Of a DNA stretch of 64,000 nt, positions 13,501 to 30,000 are shown one piece after another (position 1 is the stretch's first letter; every line of letters begins with the position of its first letter). Below the pieces are notes generated by a model. It saw only the letters and a program-made list of their open reading frames with translations. It did not search any database and was not told the origin of the DNA. The DNA comes from the human T2T-CHM13v2.0 reference genome, Homo sapiens, in the NCBI RefSeq assembly GCF_009914755.1, contig NC_060925.1. One strand, 5' to 3'. A program made the translations under genes and the position numbers.

Positions 13501-16500
13501 GAATGAATCGAATGGAAACACCATCGAATTGAAACGAATGGAATTATCATGAAATTGAAATGGATGGACTCATCATCGAATGGATTCGAATGGAATCATC
13601 GAATAAAATTGATTGAAATCATCATCGAATGAAATCGAATGGTATCATTGAATGGAATCGAATGGAATCATCATCAGATGGAAATGAATGGAATCGTCAT
13701 AGAATGGAATCGAATGGATTCATTGAATGGAATCAGATGGAATCATCGAATGGACTGGAATGGAATCATTGAATGGACTCGAAAGGGATCATTATTGAAT
13801 GGAATTGAATGGAATCATCGAATGGTCTCGATTGGAATCATTATCAAATGGAATCGAATGGAATCACCGAATAGAATCGAATGGAACAATCATCGAATGG
13901 ACTCAAATGGAATTATCCTCAAATGGAATCGAATGGAATTATCGAATGCAATCGAATGGAATTATCGAATGCAATCGAATAGAATCATCGAATGGACTCG
14001 AATGGAATCATCGAATGGAATGGAATGGAACAGTCAATGAACTCGAATGGAATCATCATTGAATGGAATCGAATGGAATCATCGAGTGGAATCGAATGGA
14101 ATTATGATCAAATGGAATCGAATGTATTCATCATCAAATGGAATCAAAAATAACCATCATCAATTGGTATTGAATGGAATTGTCATCAAATGGAATTCAA
14201 AGGAATCATCATCAAATGGAACCGAATGGAATCCTCATTGAATGGAAATGAAAGGGGTCATCATCTAATGGAATCGCATGGAATCATCATCAAATGGAAT
14301 CGAATGGAATCATCATCAAATGGAATCTAATGGAATCATTGAACAGAATTGAATGGAATCGTCATCGAATGAATTGAATGCAATCATCGAATGGTCTCGA
14401 ATGGAATCATCTTCTAATGGAAAGGAATGGAATCATCGCATAGAATCGAATGGAATTATCATCGAATGGAATCGAATGGTATCAACACCAAACGGAAAAA
14501 AACGGAATTATCGAATGGAATCGAAGAGAATCTTCGAACGGACCCGAATGGAATCATCTAATGGAATGGAATGGAATAATCCATGGACTCGAATGCAATC
14601 ATCATCGAATGGAATGGAATGGAGTCATCGAATAGACTCGAATGGAATAATCATTGAACGGAATCGAATGGAATCATCATCGGATGGAAACGAATGGAAT
14701 CATCATCGAATGGAAATGAAAGGAGTCATCATCTAATGGAATTGCATGGAATCATCATAAAATGGAATCGAATGGAATCAACATCAAATGGAATCAAATG
14801 GAATCATTGAACGGAATTGAATGGAATCGTCATCGAATGAATTGACTGCAATCATCGAATGGTCTCGAATGGAATCATCTTCAAATGGAATGGAATGGAA
14901 TCATCGCATAGAATCGAATGGAATTATCATCGAATGGAATCGAATGGAATCAACATCAAACGGAAAAAAACAGAATTATCGTATGGAATCGAAGAGAATC
15001 ATCGAATGGACCCGAATGGAATCATCTAATGGAATGGAATGCAATAATCCATGGACTCGAATGCAATCATCATCGAATGGAATCGAATGGAATCATCGAA
15101 TGGACTCGAATGGAATAATCATTGAACGGAATCGAATGGAATCATCATCGGATGGAAATGAATGGAATCATTATCGAATGGAATCGAATAGAATTATGGA
15201 ATGAAATCCAGTGTGATCATCATCGAATGGACCCGAATGGAATCATCATCCAACGGAAGCTAATGGAATCAACATCGAATGAATCGAATGGAAACACCAT
15301 CGAATTGAAACGAATGGAAATATCATGAAATTGAAATGGATGGACACATCATCGAATGGATTCGAATGGAATCATCGAATAAAATTGATTGAAATCATCA
15401 TCAAATGGAATCGAATGGTATCATTGAATGGAATCGAATGGAATCATCATCAGATGGAAATGAATGGAATCGTCATAGAATGGAATCGAATGGATTCATT
15501 GAATGGAATCAGATGGAATCATCGAATGGACTGGAATGAAATCATTGAATGGACTCGAAAGGGATCATTATTGAATGGAATTGAATGGAATCATCGAATG
15601 GTCTCGATTGGAATCATTATCAAATGGAATCGAATGGAATCACCGAATAGAATCGAATGGAACAATCATTGAATGGACTCAAATGGAATTATCCTCAAAT
15701 GGAATCGAATGGAATTATCGAATGCAATCGAATGGAATTATCGAATGCAATCGAATAGAATCATCGAAAGGACTCGAATGGAATCATCGAATGGAATGGA
15801 ATGGAACAGTCAATGAACTCGAATGGAATCATCATTGAATGGAATCGAATGGAATCATCGAGTGGAATCGAATGGAATTATGATCAAATGGAATCGAATG
15901 TAATCATCATCAAATGGAATCAAAAATAACCATCATCAATTGGTATTGAATGGAATTGTCATCAAATGGAATTCAAAGGAATCATCATCAAATGGAACCG
16001 AATGGAATCCTCATTGAATGGAAATGAAAGGGGTCATCATCTAATGGAATCGCATGGAATCATCATCAAATGGAATCGAATGGAATCATCATCAAATGGA
16101 ATCTAATGGAATCATTGAACAGAATTGAATGGAATCGTCATCGAATGAATTGAATGCAATCATCGAATGGTCTCGAATGGAATCATCTTCTAATGGAAAG
16201 GAATGGAATCATCGCATAGAATCGAATGGAATTATCATCGAATGGAATCGAATGGTATCAACACCAAACGGAAAAAAACGGAATTATCGAATGGAATCGA
16301 AGAGAATCTTCGAACGGACCCGAATGGAATCATCTAATGGAATGGAATGGAATAATCCATGGACTCGAATGCAATCATCATCGAATGGAATGGAATGGAA
16401 TCATCGAATGGACTCGAATGGAATAATCATCGAACGGAATCGAATGGAATCATCATCGAATGGAAACGAATGGAATCATCATCGAATGGAAATGAAAGGA

Positions 16501-18099
16501 GTCATCATCTAATGGAATTGCATGGAATCATCATAAAATGGAATCGAATGGAATCAACATCAAATGGAATCAAATGGAATCATTGAACGGAATTGAATGG
16601 AATCGTCATCGAATGAATTGACTGCAATCATCGAATGGTCTCGAATGGAATCATCTTCAAATGGAATGGAATGGAATCATCGCATAGAATCGAATGGAAT
16701 TATCATCGAATGGAATCGAATGGAATCAACATCAAACGGAAAAAAACGGAATTATCGAATGGAATCGAAGAGAATCATCGAATGGACCCGAATGGAATCA
16801 TCTAATGGAATGGAATGGAATAATCCATGGACTCGAATGCAATCATCATCGAATGGAATCGAATGGAATCATCGAATGGACTCGAATGGAATAATCATTG
16901 AACGGAATCGAATGGAATCATCATCGGATGGAAATGAATGGAATCATCATCGAATGGAATCGAATAGAATTATGGAATGAAATCCAGTGTGATCATCATC
17001 GAATGGACCCGAATGGAATCATCATCCAACGGAAGCTAATGGAATCAACATCGAATGAATCGAATGGAAACACCATCGAATTGAAACGAATGGAATTATT
17101 ATGAAATTGAAATGGATGGACTCATCATCGAATGGATTCGAATGGAAACATCGAATAAAATTGATTGAAATCATCATCCAATGGAATCGAATGGTATCAT
17201 TGAATGGAATCGAATGGAATCATCATCAGATGGAAATGAATGGAATCGTCATAGAATGGAATCGAATGGATTCATTGAATGGAATCAGATGGAATCATCG
17301 AATGGACTGGAATGGAATCATTGAATGGACTCGAAAGGGATCATGATTGAATGGAATTGAATGGAATCATCGAATGGTCTCGATTGGAATCATTATCAAA
17401 TGGAATCGAATGGAATCACCGAATAGAATCGAATGGAACAATCATCGAATGGACTCAAATGGAATTATCCTCAAATGGAATCGAATGGAATTATCGAATG
17501 CAATCGAATGGAATTATCGAATGCAATCGAATAGAATCATCGAAAGGACTCGAATGGAATCATCGAATGGAATGGAATGGAACAGTCAATGAACTCGAAT
17601 GGAATCATCATTGAATGGAATCGAATGGAATCATCGAGTGGAATCGAATGGAATTATGATCAAATGGAATCGAATGTAATCATCATCAAATGGAATCAAA
17701 AATAACCATCATCAATTGGTATTGAATGGAATTGTCATCAAATGGAATTCAAAGGAATCATCATCAAATGGAACCGAATGGAATCCTCATTGAATGGAAA
17801 TGAAAGGGGTCATCATCTAATGGAATCGCATGGAATCATCATCAAATGGAATAGAATGGAATCATCATCAAATGGAATCTAATGGAATCATTGAACAGAA
17901 TTGAATGGAATCGTCATCGAATGAATTGAATGCAATCATCGAATGGTCTCGAATGGAATCTTCTTCTAATGGAAAGGAATGGAATCATCGCATAGAATCG
18001 AATGGAATTATCATCGAATGGAATCGAATGGTATCAACACCAAACGGAAAAAAACGGAATTATCGAATGGAATCGAAGAGAATCTTCGAACGGACCCGA

Positions 18100-21000
18100 A
18101 TGGAATCATCTAATGGAATGGAATGGAATAATCCATGGACTCGAATGCAATCATCATCGAATGGAATGGAATGGAATCATCGAATGGACTCGAATGGAAT
18201 AATCATTGAACGGAATCGAATGGAATCATCATCGGATGGAAACGAATGGAATCATCATCGAATGGAAATGAAAGGAGTCATCATCTAATGGAATTGCATG
18301 GAATCATCATAAAATGGAATCGAATGGAATCAACATCAAATGGAATCAAATGGAATCATTGAACGGAATTGAATGGAATCGTCATCGAATGAATTGACTG
18401 CAATCATCGAATGGTCTCGAATGGAATCATCTTCAAATGGAATGGAATGGAATCATCGCATAGAATCGAATGGAATTATCATCGAATGGAATCGAATGGA
18501 ATCAACATCAAACGGAAAAAAACGGAATTATCGAATGGAATCGAAGAGAATCATCGAATGGACCCGAATGGAATCATCTAATGGAATGGAATGGAATAAT
18601 CCATGGACTCGAATGCAATCATCATCGAATGGAATCGAATGGAATCATCGAATGGACTCGAATGGAATAATCATTGAACGGAATCGAATGGAATCATCAT
18701 CGGATGGAAATGAATGGAATCATCATCGAATGGAATCGAATAGAATTATGGAATGAAATCCAGTGTGATCATCATCGAATGGACCCGAATGGAATCATCA
18801 TCCAACGGAAGCTAATGGAATCAACATCGAATGAATCGAATGGAAACACCATCGAATTGAAACGAATGGAATTATTATGAAATTGAAATGGATGGACTCA
18901 TCATCGAATGGATTCGAATGGAAACATCGAATAAAATTGATTGAAATCATCATCCAATGGAATCGAATGGTATCATTGAATGGAATCGAATGGAATCATC
19001 ATCAGATGGAAATGAATGGAATCGTCATAGAATGGAATCGAATGGATTCATTGAATGGAATCAGATGGAATCATCGAATGGACTGGAATGGAATCATTGA
19101 ATGGACTCGAAAGGGATCATGATTGAATGGAATTGAATGGAATCATCGAATGGTCTCGATTGGAATCATTATCAAATGGAATCGAATGGAATCACCGAAT
19201 AGAATCGAATGGAACAATCATCGAATGGACTCAAATGGAATTATCCTCAAATGGAATCGAATGGAATTATCGAATGCAATCGAATGGAATTATCGAATGC
19301 AATCGAATAGAATCATCGAAAGGACTCGAATGGAATCATCGAATGGAATGGAATGGAACAGTCAATGAACTCGAATGGAATCATCATTGAATGGAATCGA
19401 ATGGAATCATCGAGTGGAATCGAATGGAATTATGATCAAATGGAATCGAATGTAATCATCATCAAATGGAATCAAAAATAACCATCATCAATTGGTATTG
19501 AATGGAATTGTCATCAAATGGAATTCAAAGGAATCATCATCAAATGGAACCGAATGGAATCCTCATTGAATGGAAATGAAAGGGGTCATCATCTAATGGA
19601 ATCGCATGGAATCATCATCAAATGGAATAGAATGGAATCATCATCAAATGGAATCTAATGGAATCATTGAACAGAATTGAATGGAATCGTCATCGAATGA
19701 ATTGAATGCAATCATCGAATGGTCTCGAATGGAATCATCTTCTAATGGAAAGGAATGGAATCATCGCATAGAATCGAATGGAATTATCATCGAATGGAAT
19801 CGAATGGTATCAACACCAAACGGAAAAAAACGGAATTATCGAATGGAATCGAAGAGAATCTTCGAACGGACCCGAATGGAATCATCTAATGGAATGGAAT
19901 GGAATAATCCATGGACTCGAATGCAATCATCATCGAATGGAATCGAATGGAATCATCGAATGGACTCGAATGGAATAATCATTGAACGAAATCGAATGGA
20001 ATCATCATCGGATGGAAACGAATGGAATCATCATCGAATGGAAATGAAAGGAGTCATCATCTAATGGAATTGCATGGAATCATCATAAAATGGAATCGAA
20101 TGGAATCAACATCAAATGGAATCAAATGGAATCATTGAACGGAATTGAATGGAATCGTCATCGAATGAATTGACTGCAATCATCGAATGGTCTCGAATGG
20201 AATCATCTTCAAATGGAATGGAATGGAATCATCGCATAGAATCGAATGGAATTATCATCGAATGGAATCGAATGGAATCAACATCAAACGGAAAAAAACA
20301 GAATTATCATATGGAATCGAAGAGAATCATCGAAGGGACCCGAATGGAATCATCTAATGGAATGGAATGGAATAATCCATGGACTCGAATGCAATCATCA
20401 TCGAATGGAATCGAATGGAATCATCGAATGGACTCGAATGGAATAATCATTGAACGGAATCGAATGGAATCATCATCGGATGGAAATGAATGGAATCATC
20501 ATCGAATGGAATCGAATAGAATTATGGAATGAAATCCAGTGTGATCATCATCGAATGGACCCGAATGGAATCATCATCCAACGGAAGCTAATGGAATCAA
20601 CATCGAATGAATCGAATGGAAACACCATCGAATTGAAACGAATGGAATTATCATGAAATTGAAATGGATGGACTCATCATCGAATGGATTCGAATGGAAT
20701 CATCGAATAAAATTGATTGAAATCATCATCCAATGGAATCGAATGGTATCATTGAATGGAATCGAATGGAATCATCATCAGATGGAAATGAATGGAATCG
20801 TCATAGAATGGAATCGAATGGATTCATTGAATGGAATCAGATGGAATCATCGAATGGACTGGAATGGAATCATTGAATGGACTCGAAAGGGATCATTATT
20901 GAATGGAATTGAATGGAATCATCGAATGGTCTCGATTGGAATCATTATCAAATGGAATCGAATGGAATCACCGAACAGAATCGAATGGAACAATCATCGA

Positions 21001-24000
21001 ATGGACTCAAATGGAATTATCCTCCAATGGAATCGAATGGAATTATCGAATGCAATCGAATGGAATTATCGAATGCAATCGAATAGAATCATCGAATGGA
21101 CTCGAATGGAATCATCGAATGGAATGGAATGGAACAGTCAATGAACTCGAATGGAATCATCATTGAATGGAATCGAATGTAATCATCGAGTGGAATCGAA
21201 TGGAATTATGATCAAATGGAATCGAATGTAATCATCATCAAATGGAATCAAAAATAACCATCATCAATTGGTATTGAATGGAATTGTCATCAAATGGAAT
21301 TCAAAGGAATCATCATCAAATGGAACCGAATGGAATCCTCATTGAATGGAAATGAAAGGGGTCATCATCTAATGGAATCGCATGGAATCATCATCAAATG
21401 GAATCGAATGGAATCATCATCAAATGGAATCTAATGGAATCATTGAACAGAATTGAATGGAATCGTCATCGAATGAATTGAATGCAATCATCGAATGGTC
21501 TCGAATGGAATCATCTTCTAATGGAAAGGAATGGAATCATCGCATAGAATCGAATGGAATTATCATCAAATGGAATCGAATGGTATCAACACCAAACGGA
21601 AAAAAACGGAATTATCGAATGGAATCGAACAGAATCTTCGAACGGACCCGAATGGAATCATCTAATGGAATGGAATGGAATAATCCATGGACTCGAATGC
21701 AATCATCATCGAATGGAATGGAATGGAATCATCGAATGGACTCGAATGGAATAATCATTGAACGGAATCGAATGGAATCATCATCGGATGGAAACGAATG
21801 GAATCATCATCGAATGGAAATGAAAGGAGTCATCATCTAATGGAATTGCATGGAATCATCATAAAATGGAATCGAATGGAATCAACATCAAATGGAATCA
21901 AATGGAATCATTGAACGGAATTGAATGGAATCGTCATCGAATGAATTGACTGCAATCATCCAATGGTCTCGAATGGAATCATCTTCAAATGGAATGGAAT
22001 GGAATCATCGCATAGAATCGAATGGAATTATCATCGAATGGAATCGAATGGAATCAACATCCAACGGAAAAAAACGGAATTATCGAATGGAATCGAAGAG
22101 AATCATCGAATGGACCCGAATGGAATCATCTAATGGAATGGAATGGAATAATCCATGGACTCGAATGCAATCATCATCGAATGGAATCGAATGGAATCAT
22201 CGAATGGACTCGAATGGAATAATCATTGAACGGAATCGAATGGAATCATCATCGGATGGAAATGAATGGAATCATCATCGAATGGAATCGAATAGAATTA
22301 TGGAATGAAATCCAGTGTGATCATCATCGAATGGACCCGAATGGAATCATCATCCAACGGAAGCTAATGGAATCAACATCGAATGAATCGAATGGAAACA
22401 CCATCGAATTGAAACGAATGGAATTATCATGAAATTGAAATGGATGGACTCATCATCGAATGGATTCGAATGGAATCATCGAATAAAATTGATTGAAATC
22501 ATCATCCAATGGAATCGAATGGTATCATTGAATGGAATCGAATGGAATCATCATCAGATGGAAATGAATGGAATCGTCATAGAATGGAATCGAATGGATT
22601 CATTGAATGGAATCAGATGGAATCATCGAATGGACTGGAATGGAATCATTGAATGGACTCGAAAGGGATCATGATTGAATGGAATTGAATGGAATCATCG
22701 AATGGTCTCGATTGGAATCATTATCAAATGGAATCGAATGGAATCACCGAATAGAATCGAATGGAACAATCATCGAATGGACTCAAATGGAATTATCCTC
22801 AAATGGAATCGAATGGAATTATCGAATGCAATCGAATGGAATTATCGAATGCAATCGAATAGAATCATCGAATGGACTCGAATGGAATCATCGAATGGAA
22901 TCGAATGGAATGGAACAGTCAATGAACTCGAATGGAATCATCATTGAATGGAATCGAATGGAATCATCGAGTAGAATCGAATGGAATTATGATCAAATGG
23001 AATCGAATGTAATCATCATCAAATGGAATCAAAAATAACCATCATCAATTGGTATTGAATGGAATTGTCATCAAATGGAATTCAAAGGAATCATCATCAA
23101 ATGGAACCGAATGGAATCCTCATTGAATGGAAATGAAAGGGGTCATCATCTAATGGAATCGCATGGAATCATCATCAAATGGAATCGAATGGAATCATCA
23201 TCAAATGGAATCTAATGGAATCATTGAACAGAATTGAATGGAATCGTCATCGAATGAATTGAATGCAATCATCGAATGGTCTCGAATGGAATCATCTTCT
23301 AATGGAAAGGAATGGAATCATCGCATAGAATCGAATGGAATTATCATCGAATGGAATCGAATGGTATCAACACCAAACGGAAAAAAACGGAATTATCGAA
23401 TGGAATCGAAGAGAATCTTCGAACGGACCCGAATGGAATCATCTAATGGAATGGAATGGAATAATCCATGGACTCGAATGCAATCATCATCGAATGGAAT
23501 CGAATGGAATCATCGAATGGACTCGAATGGAATAATCATTGAACGGAATCGAATGGAATCATCATCGGATGGAAACGAATGGAATCATCATCGAATGGAA
23601 ATGAAAGGAGTCATCATCTAATGGAATTGCATGGAATCATCATAAAATGGAATCGAATGGAATCAACATCAAATGGAATCAAATGGAATCATTGAACGGA
23701 ATTGAATGGAATCGTCATCGAATGAATTGACTGCAATCATCCAATTGTCTCGAATGGAATCATCTTCAAATGGAATGGAATGGAATCATCGCATAGAATC
23801 GAATGGAATTATCATCGAATGGAATCGAATGGAATCAACATCAAACGGAAAAAAACGGAATTATCGAATGGAATCGAAGAGAATCATCGAATGGACCCGA
23901 ATGGAATCATCTAATGGAATGGAATTTAATAATCCATGGACTCGAATGCAATCATCATCGAATGGAATCGAATGGAATCATCGAATGTACTCGAATGGAA

Positions 24001-27000
24001 TAATCATTGAACGGAATCGAATGGAATCATCATCGGATGGAAATGAATGGAATCATCATCGAATGGAATCGAATAGAATTATGGAATGAAATCCAGTGTG
24101 ATCATCATCGAATGGACCCGAATGGAATCATCATCCAACGGAAGCTAATGGAATCAACATCGAATGAATCAAATGGAAACACCATCGAATTGAAACGAAT
24201 GGAATTATCATGAAATTGAAATGGATGGACTCATCATCGAATGGATTCGAATGGAATCATCGAATAAAATTGATTGAAATCATCATCGAATGGAATCGAA
24301 TGGTATCATTGAATGGAATCGAATGGAATCATCATCAGATGGAAATGAATGGAATCGTCATAGAATGGAATCGAATGGATTCATTGAATGGAATCAGATG
24401 GAATCATCGAATGGACTGGAATGGAATCATTGAATGGACTCGAAAGGGATCATGATTGAATGGAATTGAATGGAATCATCGAATGGTCTCGATTGGAATC
24501 ATTATCAAATGGAATCGAATGGAATCACCGAATAGAATCGAATGGAACAATCATTGAATGGACTCAAATGGAATTATCCTCCAATGGAATCGAATGGAAT
24601 TATCGAATGCAATCGAATGGAATTATCGAATGCAATCGAATAGAATCATCGAATGGACTCGAATGGAATCATCGAATGGAATGGAATGGAACAGTCAATG
24701 AACTCGAATGGAATCATCATTGAATGGAATCGAATGGAATCATCGAGTGGAATCGAATGGAATTATGATCAAATGGAATCGAATGTAATCATCATCAAAT
24801 GGAATCAAAAATAACCATCATCAATTGGTATTGAATGGAATTGTCATCAAATGGAATTCAAAGGAATCATCGTCAAATGGAACCGAATGGAATCCTCATT
24901 GAATGGAAATGAAAGGGTTCATCATCTAATGGAATCGCATGGAATCATCATCAAATGGAATCGAATGGAATCATCATCAAATGGAATCTAATGGAATCAT
25001 TGAACAGAATTGAATGGAATCGTCATCGAATGAATTGAATGCAATCATCGAATGGTCTCGAATGGAATCATCTTCTAATGGAAAGGAATGGAATCATCGC
25101 ATAGAATCGAATGGAATTATCATCGAATGGAATCGAATGGTATCAACACCAAACGGAAAAAAACGGAATTATCGAATGGAATCGAAGAGAATCTTCGAAC
25201 GGACCCGAATGGAATCATCTAATGGAATGGAATGGAATAATCCATGGACTCGAATGCAATCATCATCGAATGGAATCGAATGGAATCATCGAATGGACTC
25301 GAATGGAATAATCATTGAACGGAATCGAATGGAATCATCATCGGATGGAAACGAATGGAATCATCATCGAATGGAAATGAAAGGAGTCATCATCTAATGG
25401 AATTGCATGGAATCATCATAAAATGGAATCGAATGGAATCAACCTCAAATGGAATCAAATGGAATCATTGAACGGAATTGAATGGAATCGTCATCGAATG
25501 AATTGACTGCAATCATCGAATGGTCTCGAATGGAATCATCTTCAAATGGAATGGAATGGAATCATCGCATAGAATCGAATGGAATTATCATCGAATGGAA
25601 TCGAATGGAATCAACATCAAACGGAAAAAAACGGAATTATCGAATGGAATCGAAGAGAATCATCGAATGGACCCGAATAGAATCATCTAATGGAATGGAA
25701 TGGAATAATCCATGGACTCGAATGCAATCATCATCGAATGGAATCGAATGGAATCATCGAATGGACTCGAATGGAATAATCATTGAACGGAATCGAATGG
25801 AATCATCATCGGATGGAAATGAATGGAATCATCATCGAATGGAATCGAATAGAATTATGGAATGAAATCCAGTGTGATCATCATCGAATGGACCCGAATG
25901 GAATCATCATCCAACGGAAGCTAATGGAATCAACATCGAATGAATCGAATGGAAACACCATCGAATTGAAACGAATGGAATTATCATGAAATTGAAATGG
26001 ATGGACTCATCATCGAATGGATTCGAATGGAATCATCGAATAAAATTGATTGAAATCATCATCCAATGGAATCGAATGGTATCATTGAATGGAATCGAAT
26101 GGAATCATCATCAGATGGAAATGAATGGAATCGTCATAGAATGGAATCGAATGGATTCATTGAATGGAATCAGATGGAATCATCGAATGGACTGGAATGG
26201 AATCATTGAATGGACTCGAAAGGGATCATTATTGAATGGAATTGAATGGAATCATCGAATGGTCTCGATTGGAATCATTATCAAATGGAATCGAATGGAA
26301 TCACCGAATAGAATCGAATGGAACAATCATCGAATGGACTCAAATGGAATTATCCTCAAATGGAATCGAATGGAATTATCGAATGCAATCGAATGGAATT
26401 ATCGAATGCAATCGAATAGAATCATCGAATGGACTCGAATGGAATCATCGAATGGAATGGAATGGAACAGTCAATGAACTCGAATGGAATCATCATTGAA
26501 TGGAATCGAATGGAATCATCGAGTGGAATCGAATGGAATTATGATCAAATGGAATCGAATGTAATCATCATCAAATGGAATCAAAAATAACCATCATCAA
26601 TTGCTATTGAATGGAATTGTCATCAAATGGAATTCAAAGGAATCATCATCAAATGGAACCGAATGGAATCCTCATTGAATGGAAATGAAAGGGGTCATCA
26701 TCTAATGGAATCGCATGGAATCATCATCAAATGGAATCGAATGGAATCATCATCAAATGGAATCTAATGGAATCATTGAACAGAATTGAATGGAATCGTC
26801 ATCGAATGAATTGAATGCAATCATCGAATGGTCTCGAATGGAATCATCTTCTAATGGAAAGGAATGGAATCATCGCATAGAAGCGAATGGAATTATCATC
26901 GAATGGAATCGAATGGTATCAACACCAAACGGAAAAAAACGGAATTATCGAATGGAATCGAAGAGAATCTTCGAACGGACCCGAATGGAATCATCTAATG

Positions 27001-30000
27001 GAATGGAATGGAATAATCCATGGACTCGAATGCAATCATCATCGAATGGAATCGAATGGAATCATCGAATGGACTCGAATGGAATAATCATTGAACGGAA
27101 TCGAATGGAATCATCATCGGATGGAAACGAATGGAATCATCATCGAATGGAAATGAAAGGAGTCATCATCTAATGGAATTGCATGGAATCATCATAAAAT
27201 GGAATCGAATGGAATCAACATCAAATGGAATCAAATGGAATCATTGAACGGAATTGAATGGAATCGTCATCGAATGAATTGACTGCAATCATCGAATGGT
27301 CTCGAATGGAATCATCTTCAAATGGAATGGAATGGAATCATCGCATAGAATCGAATGGAATTATCATCGAATGGAATCGAATGGAATCAACATCAAACGG
27401 AAAAAAACGGAATTATCGAATGGAATCGAAGAGAATCATCGAATGGACCCGAATGGAATCATCTAATGGAATGGAATGGAATAATCCATGGACTCGAATG
27501 CAATCATCATCGAATGGAATCGAATGGAATCATCGAATGGACTCGAATGGAATAATCATTGAACGGAATCGAATGGAATCATCATCGGATGGAAATGAAT
27601 GGAATCATCATCGAATGGAATCGAATAGAATTATGGAATGAAATCCAGTGTGATCATCATCGAATGGACCCGAATGGAATCATCATCCAACGGAAGCTAA
27701 TGGAATCAACATCGAATGAATCGAATGGAAACACCATCGAATTGAAACGAATGGAATTATTATGAAATTGAAATGGATGGACTCATCATCGAATGGATTC
27801 GAATGGAATCATCGAATAAAATTGATTGAAATCATCATCCAATGGAATCGAATGGTATCATTGAATGGAATCGAATGGAATCATAATCAGATGGAAATGA
27901 ATGGAATCGTCATAGAATGGAATCGAATGGATTCATTGAATGGAATCAGATGGAATCATCGAATGGACTGGAATGGAATCATTGAATGGAATCGAAAGGG
28001 ATCATAATTGAATGGAATTGAATGGAATCATCGAATGGTCTCGTTTGGAATCATTATCAAATGGAATCGAATGGAATCACCGAATAGAATCGAATGGAAC
28101 AATCATCGAATGGACTCAAATGGAATTATCCTCAAATGGAATCGAATGGAATTATCGAATGCAATCGAATGGAATTATCGAATGCAATCGAATAGAATCA
28201 TCGAATGGACTCGAATGGAATCATCGAATGGAATGGAATGGAACAGTCAATGAACTCGAATGGAATCATCATTGAATGGAATCGAATGGAATCATCGAGT
28301 GGAATCGAATGGAATTATGATCAAATGGAATCGAATGTAATCATCATCAAATGGAATCAAAAATAACCATCATCAATTGCTATTGAATGGAATTGTCATC
28401 AAATGGAATTCAAAGGAATCATCATCAAATGGAACCGAATGGAATCCTCATTGAATGGAAATGAAAGGGGTCATCATCTAATGGAATCGCATGGAATCAT
28501 CATCAAATGGAATCGAATGGAATCATCATCAAATGGAATCTAATGGAATCATTGAACAGAATTGAATGGAATCGTCATCGAATGAATTGAATGCAATCAT
28601 CGAATGGTCTCGAATGGAATCATCTTCTAATGGAAAGGAATGGAATCATCGCATAGAATCGAATGGAATTATCATCGAATGGAATCGAATGGTATCAACA
28701 CCAAACGGAAAAAAACGGAATTATCGAATTGAATCGAAGAGAATCTTCGAACGGACCCGAATGGAATCATCTAATGGAATGGAATGGAATAATCCATGGA
28801 CTCGAATGCAATCATCATCGAATGGAATGGAATGGAATCATCGAATGGACTCGAATGGAATAATCATTGAACGGAATCGAATGGAATCATCATCGGATGG
28901 AAACGAATGGAATCATCATCGAATGGAAATGAAAGGAGTCATCATCTAATGGAATTGCATGGAATCATCATAAAATGGAATCGAATGGAATCAACATCAA
29001 ATGGAATCAAATGGAATCATTGAACGGAATTGAATGGAATCGTCATCGAATGAATTGACTGCAATCATCGAATGGTCTCGAATGGAATCATCTTCAAATG
29101 GAATGGAATGGAATCATCGCATAGAATCGAATGGAATTATCATCGAATGGAATCGAATGGAATCAACATCAAACGGAAAAAAACGGAATTATCGAATGGA
29201 ATCGAAGAGAATCATCGAATGGACCCGAATGGAATCATCTAATGGAATGGAATGGAATAATCCATGGACTCGAATGCAATCATCATCGAATGGAATCGAA
29301 TGGAATCATCGAATGGACTCGAATGGAATAATCATTGAACGGAATCGAATGGAATCATCATCGGATGGAAATGAATGGAATCATCATCGAATGGAATCGA
29401 ATAGAATTATGGAATGAAATCCAGTGTGATCATCATCGAATGGACCCGAATGGAATCATCATCCAACGGAAGCTAATGGAATCAACATCGAATGAATCGA
29501 ATGGAAACACCATCGAATTGAAACGAATGGAATTATTATGAAATTGAAATGGATGGACTCATCATCGAATGGATTCGAATGGAAACATCGAATAAAATTG
29601 ATTGAAATCATCATCCAATGGAATCGAATGGTATCATTGAATGGAATCGAATGGAATCATCATCAGATGGAAATGAATGGAATCGTCATAGAATGGAATC
29701 GAATGGATTCATTGAATGGAATCAGATGGAATCATCGAATGGACTGGAATGGAATCATTGAATGGACTCGAAAGGGATCATGATTGAATGGAATTGAATG
29801 GAATCATCGAATGGTCTCGATTGGAATCATTATCAAATGGAATCGAATGGAATCACCGAATAGAATCGAATGGAACAATCATCGAATGGACTCAAATGGA
29901 ATTATCCTCAAATGGAATCGAATGGAATTATCGAATGCAATCGAATGGAATTATCGAATGCAATCGAATAGAATCATCGAAAGGACTCGAATGGAATCAT

